Shown here one piece after another: positions 48,236 through 57,641 of a DNA stretch of 64,000 nt (its first letter is position 1; every line of letters begins with the position of its first letter). Made by a program: the position numbers and the translations under genes. The notes below the pieces were generated by a model. That model did no database searches. It saw nothing but the letters and a program-made list of their open reading frames with translations, and was not told the origin of the DNA. The DNA comes from Staphylococcus phage vB_SurM-PSU4, in the sequence record OL436245.1, one strand, 5' to 3'.

Positions 48236-48976
48236 ATGAGTAATAAGAAAAGTTTAAGAAATAAAAGTGATGCAAAGTCAAAACAAGAGAAACCAAAACG
48301 AGAGAATGTGCAAACGAAGCTCTACAATAATAAAGAACTATCCTCTAAAGTACATAATGCTTTAGATAAAGGATATACTTTAGAAGAAATACAAGAGCTT
48401 TGTCAAGCGTATGATTTTGATATTTCTATACCTTCATTATCTAGATATAGTAAGTCTAGAGAAGAATGTGTTAAGAATGGGTGGGATTTAGGTGAATATC
48501 TGGATAAACGTAAGAAAACAAATGTTGTTTCTATAGAACATAAGGAACAAGATATTTTAGATACAAACCCTAATAGTGAAAACCACCCTTTTAATGCTAC
48601 AATGGATAAGACAAGAGACCTTTTAGATGATGTTAGTTTCTTAGATAAAATTATTAGTAAAGGTGCAGTAGGTTTAGATGAGATTTATACACTAGACCCT
48701 AGTATTGCTATGAAAGCTATTGAAATTAAAGATAAGATTACTGATGGTCAATTAAAAGGAATGTCTTTATTAGGTTTAAGAGAACTACAATTAAAACAAG
48801 TAGCTAAGGAAACAGCTATGACTGAAACAATGTTAGAATATATTCCAGAAGACCAACATGAAGAAGTATTAAATAAAATGCAAGAGGTCGAAGAAGAATT
48901 CTACAGAAACTTAGACTTAGATGATGAAGATAGAAAACTTAAGGAATCATTAGAACGTATTGGTTACTCTATTTAA
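48236..48976 (+). CDS. Hypothetical protein (246 aa) with a basic N-terminus and a possible HTH
   Basis: RBS AGGAGAGTAAGGATAATG. It follows a 320-bp AT-rich intergenic region. Confidence 0.65.
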   Translation: MSNKKSLRNKSDAKSKQEKPKRENVQTKLYNNKELSSKVHNALDKGYTLEEIQELCQAYDFDISIPSLSRYSKSREECVKNGWDLGEYLDKRKKTNVVSIEHKEQDILDTNPNSENHPFNATMDKTRDLLDDVSFLDKIISKGAVGLDEIYTLDPSIAMKAIEIKDKITDGQLKGMSLLGLRELQLKQVAKETAMTETMLEYIPEDQHEEVLNKMQEVEEEFYRNLDLDDEDRKLKESLERIGYSI

Positions 48977-48990
48977 GGAGAAGAGTTTAA

Positions 48991-49431
48991 ATGTCTGATT
49001 TAAAAGAAGTTAAAGAATTAAAACCGATAGATAGTATTGTAGATATAGTAAGATTATTAGAAGAAGGTAATGTTTTAAGAGTAGACCAAGAAGGTACCCC
49101 AGTCTTAATACGTATTAAGAAAGGGAAGTACACAGCTACAGAAACAAGTCTAGATACTAAAAAAGAAACTTTTTATTATAATCGTTATTGGCAGATAAAT
49201 AACTATTCTTTAAATGCTTTAATGAACTATAAAGTGTATTTAGATTCTGAATGGCAAGAACAAGATAACAGATTTAAGATTGGTCAACCTGTATCTTATA
49301 ACCCTGTCGATGGATTTGAAAAAGATATTGCAGAAATTACAAATATTTATATTGACAGTAACAAAGATTACTGGTATACTGTAAGTAATGATTCAAATGT
49401 ATATAAAGAATCAGATTTAAATAAATATTAA
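48991..49431 (+). CDS. Hypothetical protein (146 aa)
   Basis: RBS AAGGAGAAGAG. Confidence 0.6.
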   Translation: MSDLKEVKELKPIDSIVDIVRLLEEGNVLRVDQEGTPVLIRIKKGKYTATETSLDTKKETFYYNRYWQINNYSLNALMNYKVYLDSEWQEQDNRFKIGQPVSYNPVDGFEKDIAEITNIYIDSNKDYWYTVSNDSNVYKESDLNKY

Positions 49432-49446
49432 TTAGGAGTGGGTATT

Positions 49447-49866
49447 ATGGAAATTAAATTAAGTAATAAAGATAAACAAAAGGTAACACCAAAGAAAGAG
49501 TATACACCAATTAGTAAGAAGTCTTTCAAAACTAAAAAGGAAAAAGCAATTTGTGAAGCTTACTATGCAGGTTTTACAATGAGAGAAATTATGAAAGAAT
49601 TTAAGGTGAGTAGTGGTACTGTACAATCTGTTGTTAATAATTATGGTAGATTAAATCGTAGAAAGAGTTTAAAGGTAGAAGAAAGAGTAAGTCATATTTT
49701 AGATAATCCAAAAGTTCTACAGGAATTAATTAATGATTATCAGTTTATGAAACTTAAAGATATTTATGAAAAGTATGATTTATATAAGAATGGTTTATAT
49801 TATATCTTAGATAAATATGATGTACCAAGAAAAGATAAAGAGCGTGAAGAAATCCTTAGTGATTAA
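49447..49866 (+). CDS. Small HTH-containing protein (sigma region-4 / LuxR-like), possible transcription regulator
   Basis: AICEAYYAGFTMREIMKEFKVSSGTVQSVVNN. ATG at 49447 follows GGAGTG. Confidence 0.5.
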   Translation: MEIKLSNKDKQKVTPKKEYTPISKKSFKTKKEKAICEAYYAGFTMREIMKEFKVSSGTVQSVVNNYGRLNRRKSLKVEERVSHILDNPKVLQELINDYQFMKLKDIYEKYDLYKNGLYYILDKYDVPRKDKEREEILSD

Positions 49867-49880
49867 AGGAGAGATTAATA

Positions 49881-50576
49881 TTGCGTAAAAATATACAAGA
49901 TAGAATTAATGAACTTAAACAATCTAAGAAAGTAGATAATCTACCTGAAGGTACTCATGAGAAAATTGAGAACCAGAACTACACTAAGGAATTGATGATT
50001 AATAATTTATTCAAAGACAATACAAGTGATTTTATTAGAGACTTTGAGGAACTTAAAAAGAATGAACAAGCAAACCTTCTATATATACATGTAGATAAGT
50101 ATGCAAGTGAATTCTATGATATTTCTCAAGGTAGTTATATTGCTTTAGGTAAAGAACCTGTAAACTTAGAAGATTATATACTAGAGGTTGAAGATATGGG
50201 AGAAGAACCTATATCTAAAGATACTCTAGACTATGTGAATAACTGTGAACTATTATTCAAAATCGGTGATAACATCATTACACAAGGAGAAATGGTTCAG
50301 AAGTTAGAAGAAGGTTTAAAGGTTAAGGAAGTTGAAGATATTGGAGATAATAAAATTCTTATGAGTAATGCTAAAGTAGATTACTTAGAGATAGTAGACC
50401 AAAACTATTTTGATAATAGAATTGATGAAGTCTTAAGCAGGTACAAAGAGTTAACTAATCCAGATGAAGATATTAAACGAAGTTTAAAGTATAAAGAATT
50501 ACTAGAAGGAAATAAGAAAATGGTGTTTTGCCCTATCATTGACAGAGAAGTTTATATATTTGAGGGTGAAGAATAA
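49881..50576 (+). CDS. Hypothetical protein (231 aa)
   Basis: TTG start after AAGGAGAG. Confidence 0.55.
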   Translation: MRKNIQDRINELKQSKKVDNLPEGTHEKIENQNYTKELMINNLFKDNTSDFIRDFEELKKNEQANLLYIHVDKYASEFYDISQGSYIALGKEPVNLEDYILEVEDMGEEPISKDTLDYVNNCELLFKIGDNIITQGEMVQKLEEGLKVKEVEDIGDNKILMSNAKVDYLEIVDQNYFDNRIDEVLSRYKELTNPDEDIKRSLKYKELLEGNKKMVFCPIIDREVYIFEGEE

Positions 50577-50962
50577 TGAATAAAAGAAAACAAGGTATTT
50601 TACTTTTAATTCTTGTTTTGTTATTGTTTGCAATTGCAAGTATATTCTATCTTATGGATAGAGAATTAAAGAGTAACTATGTAAACACAACAAATGAAAG
50701 GGATAGTATAGAGTATATAGAAAACTTTACATTACAAGAGATTAAAAATGATAGAGCATATTTTGTAGAAAATTTACCGTCCTATATACCAGGTAAAACA
50801 GGAGATAATAGTATTGATTTAGATTATTATAAAACAAGTGAATTAAAAGAAGGATACAAGTTTAAGCTTATGAGAGTTTACAAAGAAAATGAAGACGGAA
50901 GTACAGTAGCAGAGTATAAATTTGTTCAAGATTTTGATGAAGAGAAGAAGAGTGGTAAATAA
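50576..50962 (+). CDS. Membrane-anchored protein with a signal-anchor (128 aa)
   Basis: N-terminal sequence KRKQGILLLILVLLLFAIASIFYL. Confidence 0.6.
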   Translation: MNKRKQGILLLILVLLLFAIASIFYLMDRELKSNYVNTTNERDSIEYIENFTLQEIKNDRAYFVENLPSYIPGKTGDNSIDLDYYKTSELKEGYKFKLMRVYKENEDGSTVAEYKFVQDFDEEKKSGK

Positions 50963-51030
50963 TGGAATCAATGCTTTGGGTACTAATTATTACAGCTATT
51001 GTTGTTTTAATTCTTTGGTGGATGTCGTAA
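50962..51030 (+). CDS. Tiny TM peptide (22 aa)
   Basis: Start within TAATG. Sequence MESMLWVLIITAIVVLILWWMS. An RBS for the next gene follows. Confidence 0.3.
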   Translation: MESMLWVLIITAIVVLILWWMS

Positions 51031-51045
51031 GGAGATAAAGATGTT

Positions 51046-51450
51046 ATGGAGAAGTTTTTTAGAGATTTAGATAGATTACTTTACTTATGTAGTCCTTATA
51101 GTTCTAATGACTTTAACCTTAAAGGTTATGTTTTCTTAGATAATATCCCAAGTATATATGAGTATCAGTTTGGTAAAGAAAGTCAGTTACCAGATTATAA
51201 GATACCTTTTTATGTGTGGAAACGTTATGGGTTCCACACATTTAAATCATATTGGAGTTATCATAGGAAAGTTAAAAAGTTATTAAAGTACTATGATGAG
51301 ATTGATGGTAAAGTAAAAACAGTAGAAGATAATAGTAAGATATGGAGATATTATACAGTATATAATCCTTTGAATATTGATAATAGCAGAAAGACTTTAT
51401 CAGAAGAAGGAAGTATCACATTCAATAATACCTTATATATGAGGGAGTGA
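51046..51450 (+). CDS. Hypothetical protein (134 aa)
   Basis: RBS GGAGATAAAGATGTTATG. Confidence 0.6.
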   Translation: MEKFFRDLDRLLYLCSPYSSNDFNLKGYVFLDNIPSIYEYQFGKESQLPDYKIPFYVWKRYGFHTFKSYWSYHRKVKKLLKYYDEIDGKVKTVEDNSKIWRYYTVYNPLNIDNSRKTLSEEGSITFNNTLYMRE

Positions 51451-51656
51451 AGACTGTGAAAGGATTGTTTGTAAGATTATTATTGATTGCAATAAGCTTA
51501 ATTATTATTTACTTTTCAGCTTATTATATAGCTATAGCTTCGGTATACTTTTATGTAGGAACAATTACACTCGGTTTAATATATAGTATTGCAAGCTTAT
51601 TTTTATGTTTTGCAGGTATAATGATTTTGATTATTGCAATTAGAGGTGATTTATAG
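51447..51656 (+). CDS. Small membrane protein (69 aa, 2 TM)
   Basis: GTG overlaps the upstream stop. Confidence 0.5.
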   Translation: MKTVKGLFVRLLLIAISLIIIYFSAYYIAIASVYFYVGTITLGLIYSIASLFLCFAGIMILIIAIRGDL

Positions 51657-51877
51657 TGGATAAATGTATTCAAAGTATCTTAGGAGACTTAAGATTACTT
51701 CATATGTATACAACTGATGAAGATACTTTCATAGCTTCAGTATTAGACTTAATTAACGAGTTTCAAGAAGAAAGTGATGAAGAGGTTGTATTTTCTTCTG
51801 ATGATGAGTTCGCAAAATTCTTACGTAATAAAGTGCATAAAGAGATATTGTTAGGTAATCGTAATGAAGAATCTTAG
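51656..51877 (+). CDS. Hypothetical acidic protein (73 aa)
   Basis: GTG overlaps the upstream stop. Confidence 0.5.
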   Translation: MDKCIQSILGDLRLLHMYTTDEDTFIASVLDLINEFQEESDEEVVFSSDDEFAKFLRNKVHKEILLGNRNEES

Positions 51878-52022
51878 AGATTTACTTAAAGAAGAAAGTA
51901 GGCAAACAGCAATACACAAGAAGAAAGAAGTAAAGGTAGAAAGTCCTTTTAAGGATATGAAAAAAGAAGAATGGCAAGAGTACTTTCATAAGAAGTATAA
52001 CTACATTAATTTAAGGGATTAA
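51864..52022 (+). CDS. Small basic protein (52 aa)
   Basis: ATG at 51864, stop TAA at 52020-52022. Weak RBS. Not in the track. Confidence 0.3.
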   Translation: MKNLRDLLKEESRQTAIHKKKEVKVESPFKDMKKEEWQEYFHKKYNYINLRD

Positions 52023-52040
52023 TTTCCCTTATTTTTTTAT
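52011..52040 (+). terminator. Terminator (AAGGGA-TTAATT-TCCCTT plus T7)
   Basis: Perfect stem and T-run. Confidence 0.6.
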
Positions 52041-52048
52041 ATTTAGTG

Positions 52049-52077
52049 TTGACAAATAGGGATGAAGTCTGTATAAT
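52049..52077 (+). promoter_or_regulatory. Sigma-A consensus promoter (TTGACA, 17-bp spacer, TATAAT)
   Basis: GTTGACAAATAGGGATGAAGTCTGTATAATTG. Confidence 0.65.
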
Positions 52078-52099
52078 TGTATTTAAGGAGGTTAGGAAA

Positions 52100-52363
52100 A
52101 TGATAATTTTAAAAGCAATAACTATAATATGTTTTATATGGTTAATGGTAAAGGGGCTAAAGGGTAAAGTACCTACTAACTTATATTTACTTGTATTACT
52201 TCTACATTTACTTTTATATGTTTTAACTTTTGAAACATCTAAATTGTTTGTTATAGGTTCACTTGTTTTTTACTATATAGGGATGAAAACATATAGTAAA
52301 GGATTGAGTATTGTAAGCCTGATAGGTATGTTATTACTATTATTTTTAAATTTAGTAATTTAA
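52100..52363 (+). CDS. Small membrane protein (87 aa)
   Basis: ATG after AAGGAGGTTAGGAAA. Three hydrophobic helices. Confidence 0.55.
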   Translation: MIILKAITIICFIWLMVKGLKGKVPTNLYLLVLLLHLLLYVLTFETSKLFVIGSLVFYYIGMKTYSKGLSIVSLIGMLLLLFLNLVI

Positions 52364-52428
52364 GTATTGACAAGCAAGAATGAAGTATGGTAAGGTGAGT
52401 ACATAAATAATTAAAGGAGAGAAAAAAT

Positions 52429-52818
52429 ATGTTAAACAGAAAGAAGAAAATTAAAGCATTAAAATTTAGTAATTTAGTATTGAGTGGGTTAGATTTGTAT
52501 AACAGTATCGTATTCACGAAAGGTGACATGACAAAACATCAACACACAATAAATAAAGTTACGACACTAGGAACAACATTAGTTAACACATTATCTATTG
52601 TGTATTTAGAAGAACAAGAACGTAAGGAACAGTTTAAAGTAAATACACAAAGAGCTAAAGGTTTGTATGTAGACCCAGAACCTGTAACTAAAGGGAGTAT
52701 CATTAAACCAGGACACAGTGAGAAGAAATTAGCTAAACAATTAAATAAGATGACTAAAGATTTAGATAAAGATATTCAAGAATATATTAACAAAATAGAC
52801 TCACAGAGTTATAAATAA
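52429..52818 (+). CDS. Hypothetical basic protein (129 aa)
   Basis: RBS AAAGGAGAGAAAAAATATG. Preceded by TTGACA...TATGGT. Confidence 0.6.
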   Translation: MLNRKKKIKALKFSNLVLSGLDLYNSIVFTKGDMTKHQHTINKVTTLGTTLVNTLSIVYLEEQERKEQFKVNTQRAKGLYVDPEPVTKGSIIKPGHSEKKLAKQLNKMTKDLDKDIQEYINKIDSQSYK

Positions 52819-52822
52819 TTTA

Positions 52823-52848
52823 ATAGGTAGCTTAATTGCTACCTTAAA
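52823..52848 (+). other. Stem-loop (AGGTAGC-TTAATT-GCTACCT) between the ORF and the tRNA, with no T-run; possible processing site
   Basis: Perfect 7-bp stem directly 5' of the tRNA. Confidence 0.35.
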
Positions 52849-52851
52849 TAC

Positions 52852-52928
52852 GCCCTGTTAGCTCAATAGGATAGAGCCATGGTCTCCTAAACCATGTGAT
52901 TGTATAGGTTCAAGTCCTATACAGGGCA
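52852..52928 (+). tRNA. tRNA, anticodon CCU by manual folding (tRNA-Arg reading AGG)
   Basis: Acceptor GCCCTGT/ACAGGGC. D-arm GCTC-AATAGGATA-GAGC. Anticodon arm ATGGT-CTCCTAA-ACCAT (U33, A37). 8-nt variable loop. T-arm ATAGG-TTCAAGT-CCTAT. U8, A14, G18G19 and A21 are present. No encoded CCA. Confidence 0.8.
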
Positions 52929-52952
52929 CTAAAAATAAAAAGGAGTACTTAT

Positions 52953-53195
52953 ATGACAGAACGAGAACGATATAAATTTATAATGAAAGATAGTAAAAAG
53001 ATTTTAAGAACAAAGGAAGATAAGATACCTTATATCAGAGCAACATTATCACAGATAGTAACATTTATATTAAGAACTAAGAATCCTTATTATAAGTTTA
53101 GATTACAGAATAGATTTCTAAGTGTGTATCTGTACTTAGAAGAGATGGATAGTATAGAAGCAAACAAAACATTAAAATATTTAGGGTTAACATAA
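52953..53195 (+). CDS. Hypothetical basic protein (80 aa)
   Basis: RBS AAAGGAG. Confidence 0.55.
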   Translation: MTERERYKFIMKDSKKILRTKEDKIPYIRATLSQIVTFILRTKNPYYKFRLQNRFLSVYLYLEEMDSIEANKTLKYLGLT

Positions 53196-53208
53196 GGAGG
53201 AAATAATT

Positions 53209-54300
53209 ATGGTTTTAATTACAATAGGAATTTGTGTATTATTTTGTTTAGTTTTAATAGGTGGTATTTTCTGGTTCTTTTATGAAAGTAAAGATGTAAA
53301 GGAAGATGTATTTAAAAGAGAAGAGAAGATAAGTATGAGAGTCATTATTGAAGTTGTAAGGGAATGTTTAAAAGAGGAGGGTGCTGAGGTTATAACTCAT
53401 AGTATAGATTACTGTAATTTTAAATATCTTGGTTATGAATTACGCACAACAATTCTTAATTTTAGCTTAAATGATACTTTCATTGTGCAATTTAAGTATA
53501 CAGATGGAAGTGAATATCAAAGTAGTATTATATCTAAGGATATAAGTAAAGAAGAACTAAAGTCAAAATTACTTAAAGAAACTAGAGAGATGTTAAAACA
53601 AACTAAAACGTATAAAGAAGATTTTAATTTATTCTTAGATATTAAAAATAACTTTAAAGATTTAATTGTAGATGAAGAAGAGGATAAGTTACTGTTAGAA
53701 TATAACCACGTACCTATAACCATTCAAGATTTTACTAGAATGTTTGATTCAAAGGAAGAAGTAAAAATTTACCATGGAGATAGACTTATTAAATCTAACA
53801 TGTACTCTAGAGGTATCAGTACTCATATTGTAAATGAAGAATATCTTGATAGCTATTATGAAAGAGTTTATAGTTTAAACGAAGTTAAACCTGCATTAGA
53901 AGAAATTGAAAGTAAGTTACTTTATGAGTTATCTAACTTTACAGATGCTTTCAGAAGTATGATGAACGTACGTATTAATGGATTTAATTTAGATATGGAT
54001 TCTTTAGTTGTAGAAGAGGATTATACAATGAAGTTTGAATACTTTAATGAATTCAATACGTATTACTTTGAAGTTAAACCCTTCCATAAACAATATAGTT
54101 ATAATAAGAATGATTTAGACACAAGACATGGTTCTTTTACAGAGTATAAGTCTTTACTTTACATTATTAAAGATATTTTAGAAGAGAGTAAAAATATTCT
54201 ACCTTTTAAACATAAAGAAGTACCTGATATGGTATACAATAACACTACAGGTAAAGTAGAACTAGATGACTCAAAAACATTACCATTTAAGGAGGTTTAG
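53209..54300 (+). CDS. Membrane-anchored protein (363 aa, N-terminal TM)
   Basis: N-terminal sequence MVLITIGICVLFCLVLIGGIFWFF. Confidence 0.65.
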   Translation: MVLITIGICVLFCLVLIGGIFWFFYESKDVKEDVFKREEKISMRVIIEVVRECLKEEGAEVITHSIDYCNFKYLGYELRTTILNFSLNDTFIVQFKYTDGSEYQSSIISKDISKEELKSKLLKETREMLKQTKTYKEDFNLFLDIKNNFKDLIVDEEEDKLLLEYNHVPITIQDFTRMFDSKEEVKIYHGDRLIKSNMYSRGISTHIVNEEYLDSYYERVYSLNEVKPALEEIESKLLYELSNFTDAFRSMMNVRINGFNLDMDSLVVEEDYTMKFEYFNEFNTYYFEVKPFHKQYSYNKNDLDTRHGSFTEYKSLLYIIKDILEESKNILPFKHKEVPDMVYNNTTGKVELDDSKTLPFKEV

Positions 54301-54301
54301 T

Positions 54302-54502
54302 ATGGATAAAGATAAACTAGATAATTTTATGCTAAAAGAGACGGAAGATTTTAGAGACAATGGTTCCCTATATCGTTCTGTAGGGTTTTTAGAGCTGGAG
54401 TTAACGAAAGAGGACGTTAAGTATCTTAAACGAGCTTTTAAATTTAGAGGTTACAGATTTAAGGTAGACTTAAAGACAAAACAATTTAAAATTACTCGAT
54501 AA
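54302..54502 (+). CDS. Small basic protein (66 aa)
   Basis: ATG after AAGGAGG; the track's extended start overlaps the upstream gene. Confidence 0.5.
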   Translation: MDKDKLDNFMLKETEDFRDNGSLYRSVGFLELELTKEDVKYLKRAFKFRGYRFKVDLKTKQFKITR

Positions 54503-54507
54503 AACTA

Positions 54508-54536
54508 TTGACTCTTCTTTCTTACCATGTTATACT
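54508..54536 (+). promoter_or_regulatory. Sigma-A-like promoter (TTGACT, 17-bp spacer, TATACT)
   Basis: CTATTGACTCTTCTTTCTTACCATGTTATACTT. Confidence 0.6.
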
Positions 54537-54568
54537 TAATGTACAAATTAAGAAAGGGAATGATTAAT

Positions 54569-54880
54569 ATGTTAAGTAAAGAAAATGTAGAAAGACAATT
54601 TGGTAATGCAGTAGAGTGGTTATATGAACAAGGGAAAATGCACTTCCCTAAAAATTTAGGTACAGATAAGGAATTTAGAATTAAAACTTTTGATGGAGAA
54701 ATGATTACATTTGATGTGTTTGATAATGGAATAGGTGTAGGAGGGTTTGTTATCTTTGTAACACCAGAGTTTAGTTATGATAGAGTTAAAGAAGGTAATG
54801 AAGACTTTGCTATTAAATATTTTATTAAGAGCATAGTTTATGATATGTTTTCATTCTATAAGTTACAATCAAGGATGTAA
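54569..54880 (+). CDS. Hypothetical protein (103 aa)
   Basis: ATG 9 nt after GGGA. The track's start at 54527 lies inside the promoter. Confidence 0.55.
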   Translation: MLSKENVERQFGNAVEWLYEQGKMHFPKNLGTDKEFRIKTFDGEMITFDVFDNGIGVGGFVIFVTPEFSYDRVKEGNEDFAIKYFIKSIVYDMFSFYKLQSRM

Positions 54881-54903
54881 AAAAATAAAGGAGGTATATA
54901 TCT

Positions 54904-55947
54904 ATGAGCGTATATAAGTATCAAATAGGTGAAATAGTAAATAATAGCTTAAAAATAATTGACCAAATAAGAATTCCTAATGGTAGAAAGTATACTCAAA
55001 AAGGATATGAAGTATGTTCTGTTCTTTATCCTGAAGCTCCTACGTATACCTTATCAGAAACTTCTATAAAAAAAGGTATTGGTGATGCTTATAAAAGTAA
55101 TAGAAAAATATTTGAAGGAAATTCATTATATAGCTTAAAATGGATTAGACCTTATTTAACAAATATAGAGGAGGCTAAAAAGATAGCACCCAAATCAAGT
55201 CAAAAAGTGTTATTTAAATGCCCCGATTGTAACTATTATAAGAGACTTAGAACGGACTCAATGATAAACCAAGGATTTAGTTGCCCTAATTGTTCAAAGG
55301 GAACAAGCTACCCTGAATTATTTATGTTGTCTTATTTAAAAGTAAAAGGTATTAAATATGAATATCAGAAAATATTTAAAGATTTATCAAATAGAAGATT
55401 TGATTTCTATTTACCTGAATATAATATGGTAATAGAAACTCATGGGAAGCAACATTATAAAAGAGGTATAGGTTATATGGATACTGACTCAATTATAAAT
55501 TCAGATAAAGAAAAATTAAAATTTTGTAATAAACATAAAATAAATTATGTTACCATAGATTGCAGTTATAGTACTTTTAGTTACATTAAGAATAATATTG
55601 ATAAGAATACGCATTTACCTTCTATCATTGAAAATGAAGTTGAGGATATTTTGGAACTTATTAGTTTAAATAAGAGGTATCCTGTTAAAAAAATAATTGA
55701 TTTATACCTACAAGGATATACTAATAGAGAAATAGGAGATGTTACTGGAGTATCTCATCACACTGTGGGGAGAATATTATTAAAAAATAATATAAAGAAA
55801 GTGTATAACAGGAATTACCCTATAGAAAGTATTATAGGTATGTATAGAGATGGTTATGGTACTAGATATATAGGAAGAATATATAATATATCTTATGTAA
55901 CTGTGATTAATATTTTAAAAGATAATAATGAATTTTATAAAAAGTAA
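54904..55947 (+). CDS. Putative homing-endonuclease-like protein: zinc finger, PD-(D/E)xK (Vsr/DUF559-like) core, two C-terminal HTH repeats
   Basis: CPDCNYY...CPNCSKG; FDFYLPEYNMVIETHGKQHY (D...(I/V)E.xG..H pattern); repeats IIDLYLQGYTNREIGDVTGVSHHTVGRIL and IIGMYRDGYGTRYIGRIYNISYVTVINIL. Confidence 0.6.
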   Translation: MSVYKYQIGEIVNNSLKIIDQIRIPNGRKYTQKGYEVCSVLYPEAPTYTLSETSIKKGIGDAYKSNRKIFEGNSLYSLKWIRPYLTNIEEAKKIAPKSSQKVLFKCPDCNYYKRLRTDSMINQGFSCPNCSKGTSYPELFMLSYLKVKGIKYEYQKIFKDLSNRRFDFYLPEYNMVIETHGKQHYKRGIGYMDTDSIINSDKEKLKFCNKHKINYVTIDCSYSTFSYIKNNIDKNTHLPSIIENEVEDILELISLNKRYPVKKIIDLYLQGYTNREIGDVTGVSHHTVGRILLKNNIKKVYNRNYPIESIIGMYRDGYGTRYIGRIYNISYVTVINILKDNNEFYKK

Positions 55948-56079
55948 AATATTTTAACTAAAGGTAGAGGGAGAGCTAAAATATTTTAATAGAAAAAAAG
56001 TAAATGTTAAAGGATACTTAGATAAAGAGAATTATAATGTAACTTTAGATAAGAAGCTACAATTAGGAGGAAAAACATT

Positions 56080-56583
56080 ATGACAAAAGTAAAAGAAATA
56101 GTGCTAGTTTTAGAAAACTGTGAATATATAAAGATTCCAACTAAGCATTTAGGAAACATAATTATTGAAGATGTAGATATGAGAGTAAGACGAACAGCAA
56201 TCAATGCTATTGATAAGATACAAATTGCTAATAGTATATATTTAGAAATTATTAAACCAGAAATAATTAAAACATTAGGAATGTTTAACGAAGATGATAA
56301 AGAAAGTATTAGTTGTTCTCAAAGATTGATGCAACATGAAGATATAACAAGTATAGAAGTTGTATACGATGATTCAAAAGAAGAATACTTTGTTGATTGG
56401 GATTGGGATAATGAGTATATAAATAATTATCAAGATACACAAATGGCTAATAATGGAAATCTACATGTTTTAATTAATCGTAAGAAAAGATTAAAAGAAT
56501 TTCTTGATGATGGATTAGATGAAGTAAGTTATAATTATATTGTAAAAGAAAAAGAAAATAATGAATGGGGATTTTGGGAGTAA
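56080..56583 (+). CDS. Hypothetical protein (167 aa)
   Basis: RBS AGGAGGAAAAACATTATG. Confidence 0.6.
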   Translation: MTKVKEIVLVLENCEYIKIPTKHLGNIIIEDVDMRVRRTAINAIDKIQIANSIYLEIIKPEIIKTLGMFNEDDKESISCSQRLMQHEDITSIEVVYDDSKEEYFVDWDWDNEYINNYQDTQMANNGNLHVLINRKKRLKEFLDDGLDEVSYNYIVKEKENNEWGFWE

Positions 56584-56612
56584 AACGATAGATTTATAGG
56601 AGGAGAATTATT

Positions 56613-57230
56613 ATGAAGACAAGAGAACATTTAGATAGCTCAATCCAACCTGAAACAGGCTGGAGGGTTATCCCACAAAATAGTTTATTTGAAGCGAATA
56701 TAAATGGAATGATTCGTAATAGGAAAAATAAGAAATTGATTAAAGGAACTATGACACGAAAGTATCATCCTAAGCACACTGCTCATGAGATTGTATATTT
56801 CTTACATCCTAAGAAAACAACATATTCAAGAGCACACTTAATCGCAAGTACATTTCCAGAATTGATTAGTCAGTCACGTGGAGATATTAGAACAGGTAAT
56901 GTATGTTTTAAAGACGGAGATAGAACAAACTGTCATGTAGACAATATGTTTATTGGTGCAGGAACAGTTAGAACTAGAATTTATAAACTGAATAACTCTT
57001 ACCTAACACGTAAAGACGTAGAGAGTTACTTAAAAGAACTTACAGGACACAACACAGTTCTTACACATATTGAATCAATGTTTGATGGAGATATGGATAT
57101 GAAAGTTGTTAAAGATAAGTTTGTATTATATAAAGATAATAATACTTTCCAAATCTTTGGTTTAGAAGATAAAGGAATGGTAGAATTTAATCTAGATATT
57201 AAAAAAATTAAAATTGGAGGAAACAAATGA
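56613..57230 (+). CDS. HNH-family endonuclease-like protein (NUMOD4-like N-terminus)
   Basis: NINGMIRNRKNKK N-terminal motif and NVCFKDGDRTNCHVDNM HNH-like core. Confidence 0.55.
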   Translation: MKTREHLDSSIQPETGWRVIPQNSLFEANINGMIRNRKNKKLIKGTMTRKYHPKHTAHEIVYFLHPKKTTYSRAHLIASTFPELISQSRGDIRTGNVCFKDGDRTNCHVDNMFIGAGTVRTRIYKLNNSYLTRKDVESYLKELTGHNTVLTHIESMFDGDMDMKVVKDKFVLYKDNNTFQIFGLEDKGMVEFNLDIKKIKIGGNK

Positions 57231-57514
57231 AACTAGAAGATAAGGTATTAGATAGAGTAGACGTATTGAGTGAGAAGTTAAATGGGTTAGGTACACATGC
57301 TTGGGATTCATTGATTAAATATGAAATTATTACAGGTATTTGTCAGCTTGTAGGAGCTTTCTTGATTTTACTATTTGTATTATTTGCAGTATTATTTATC
57401 AAAAAACAATACAATAAAGCCAAAAGAACAGGTGAAGACAATTTTTTTTTGAAACTGTTTATTCAGAGGAACTTGAATTCACAGAATTTGGAGGTTTTAT
57501 TACAACATTATTAG
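57227..57514 (+). CDS. Membrane protein, 5' portion. The frame breaks at a T9 run; a +1-T reading continues to 57629 and gives a ~134-aa two-TM protein
   Basis: T9 at 57442-57450. The other frame from 57442 to 57629 encodes FFFETVYSEELEFTEFGGFITTLLGIVSLIGLIFSVFLIYYGIMRL... with no independent start or RBS. Confidence 0.5.
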   Translation: MKLEDKVLDRVDVLSEKLNGLGTHAWDSLIKYEIITGICQLVGAFLILLFVLFAVLFIKKQYNKAKRTGEDNFFLKLFIQRNLNSQNLEVLLQHY

Positions 57515-57641
57515 GGATAGTATCCCTTATTGGTCTTATATTTTCTGTATTTTTAATATACTATGGTATTATGAGACTAAGCGTACCAGAAATTTATGCT
57601 ATAAAAGAAATATTATATCAAATTAAATAGGAGAGATAATT

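Noticed and set aside
52823-52848. Intrinsic terminator call for the hairpin upstream of the tRNA
   Set aside because: The stem is perfect but there is no downstream U-run. It is kept only as a possible processing stem-loop.
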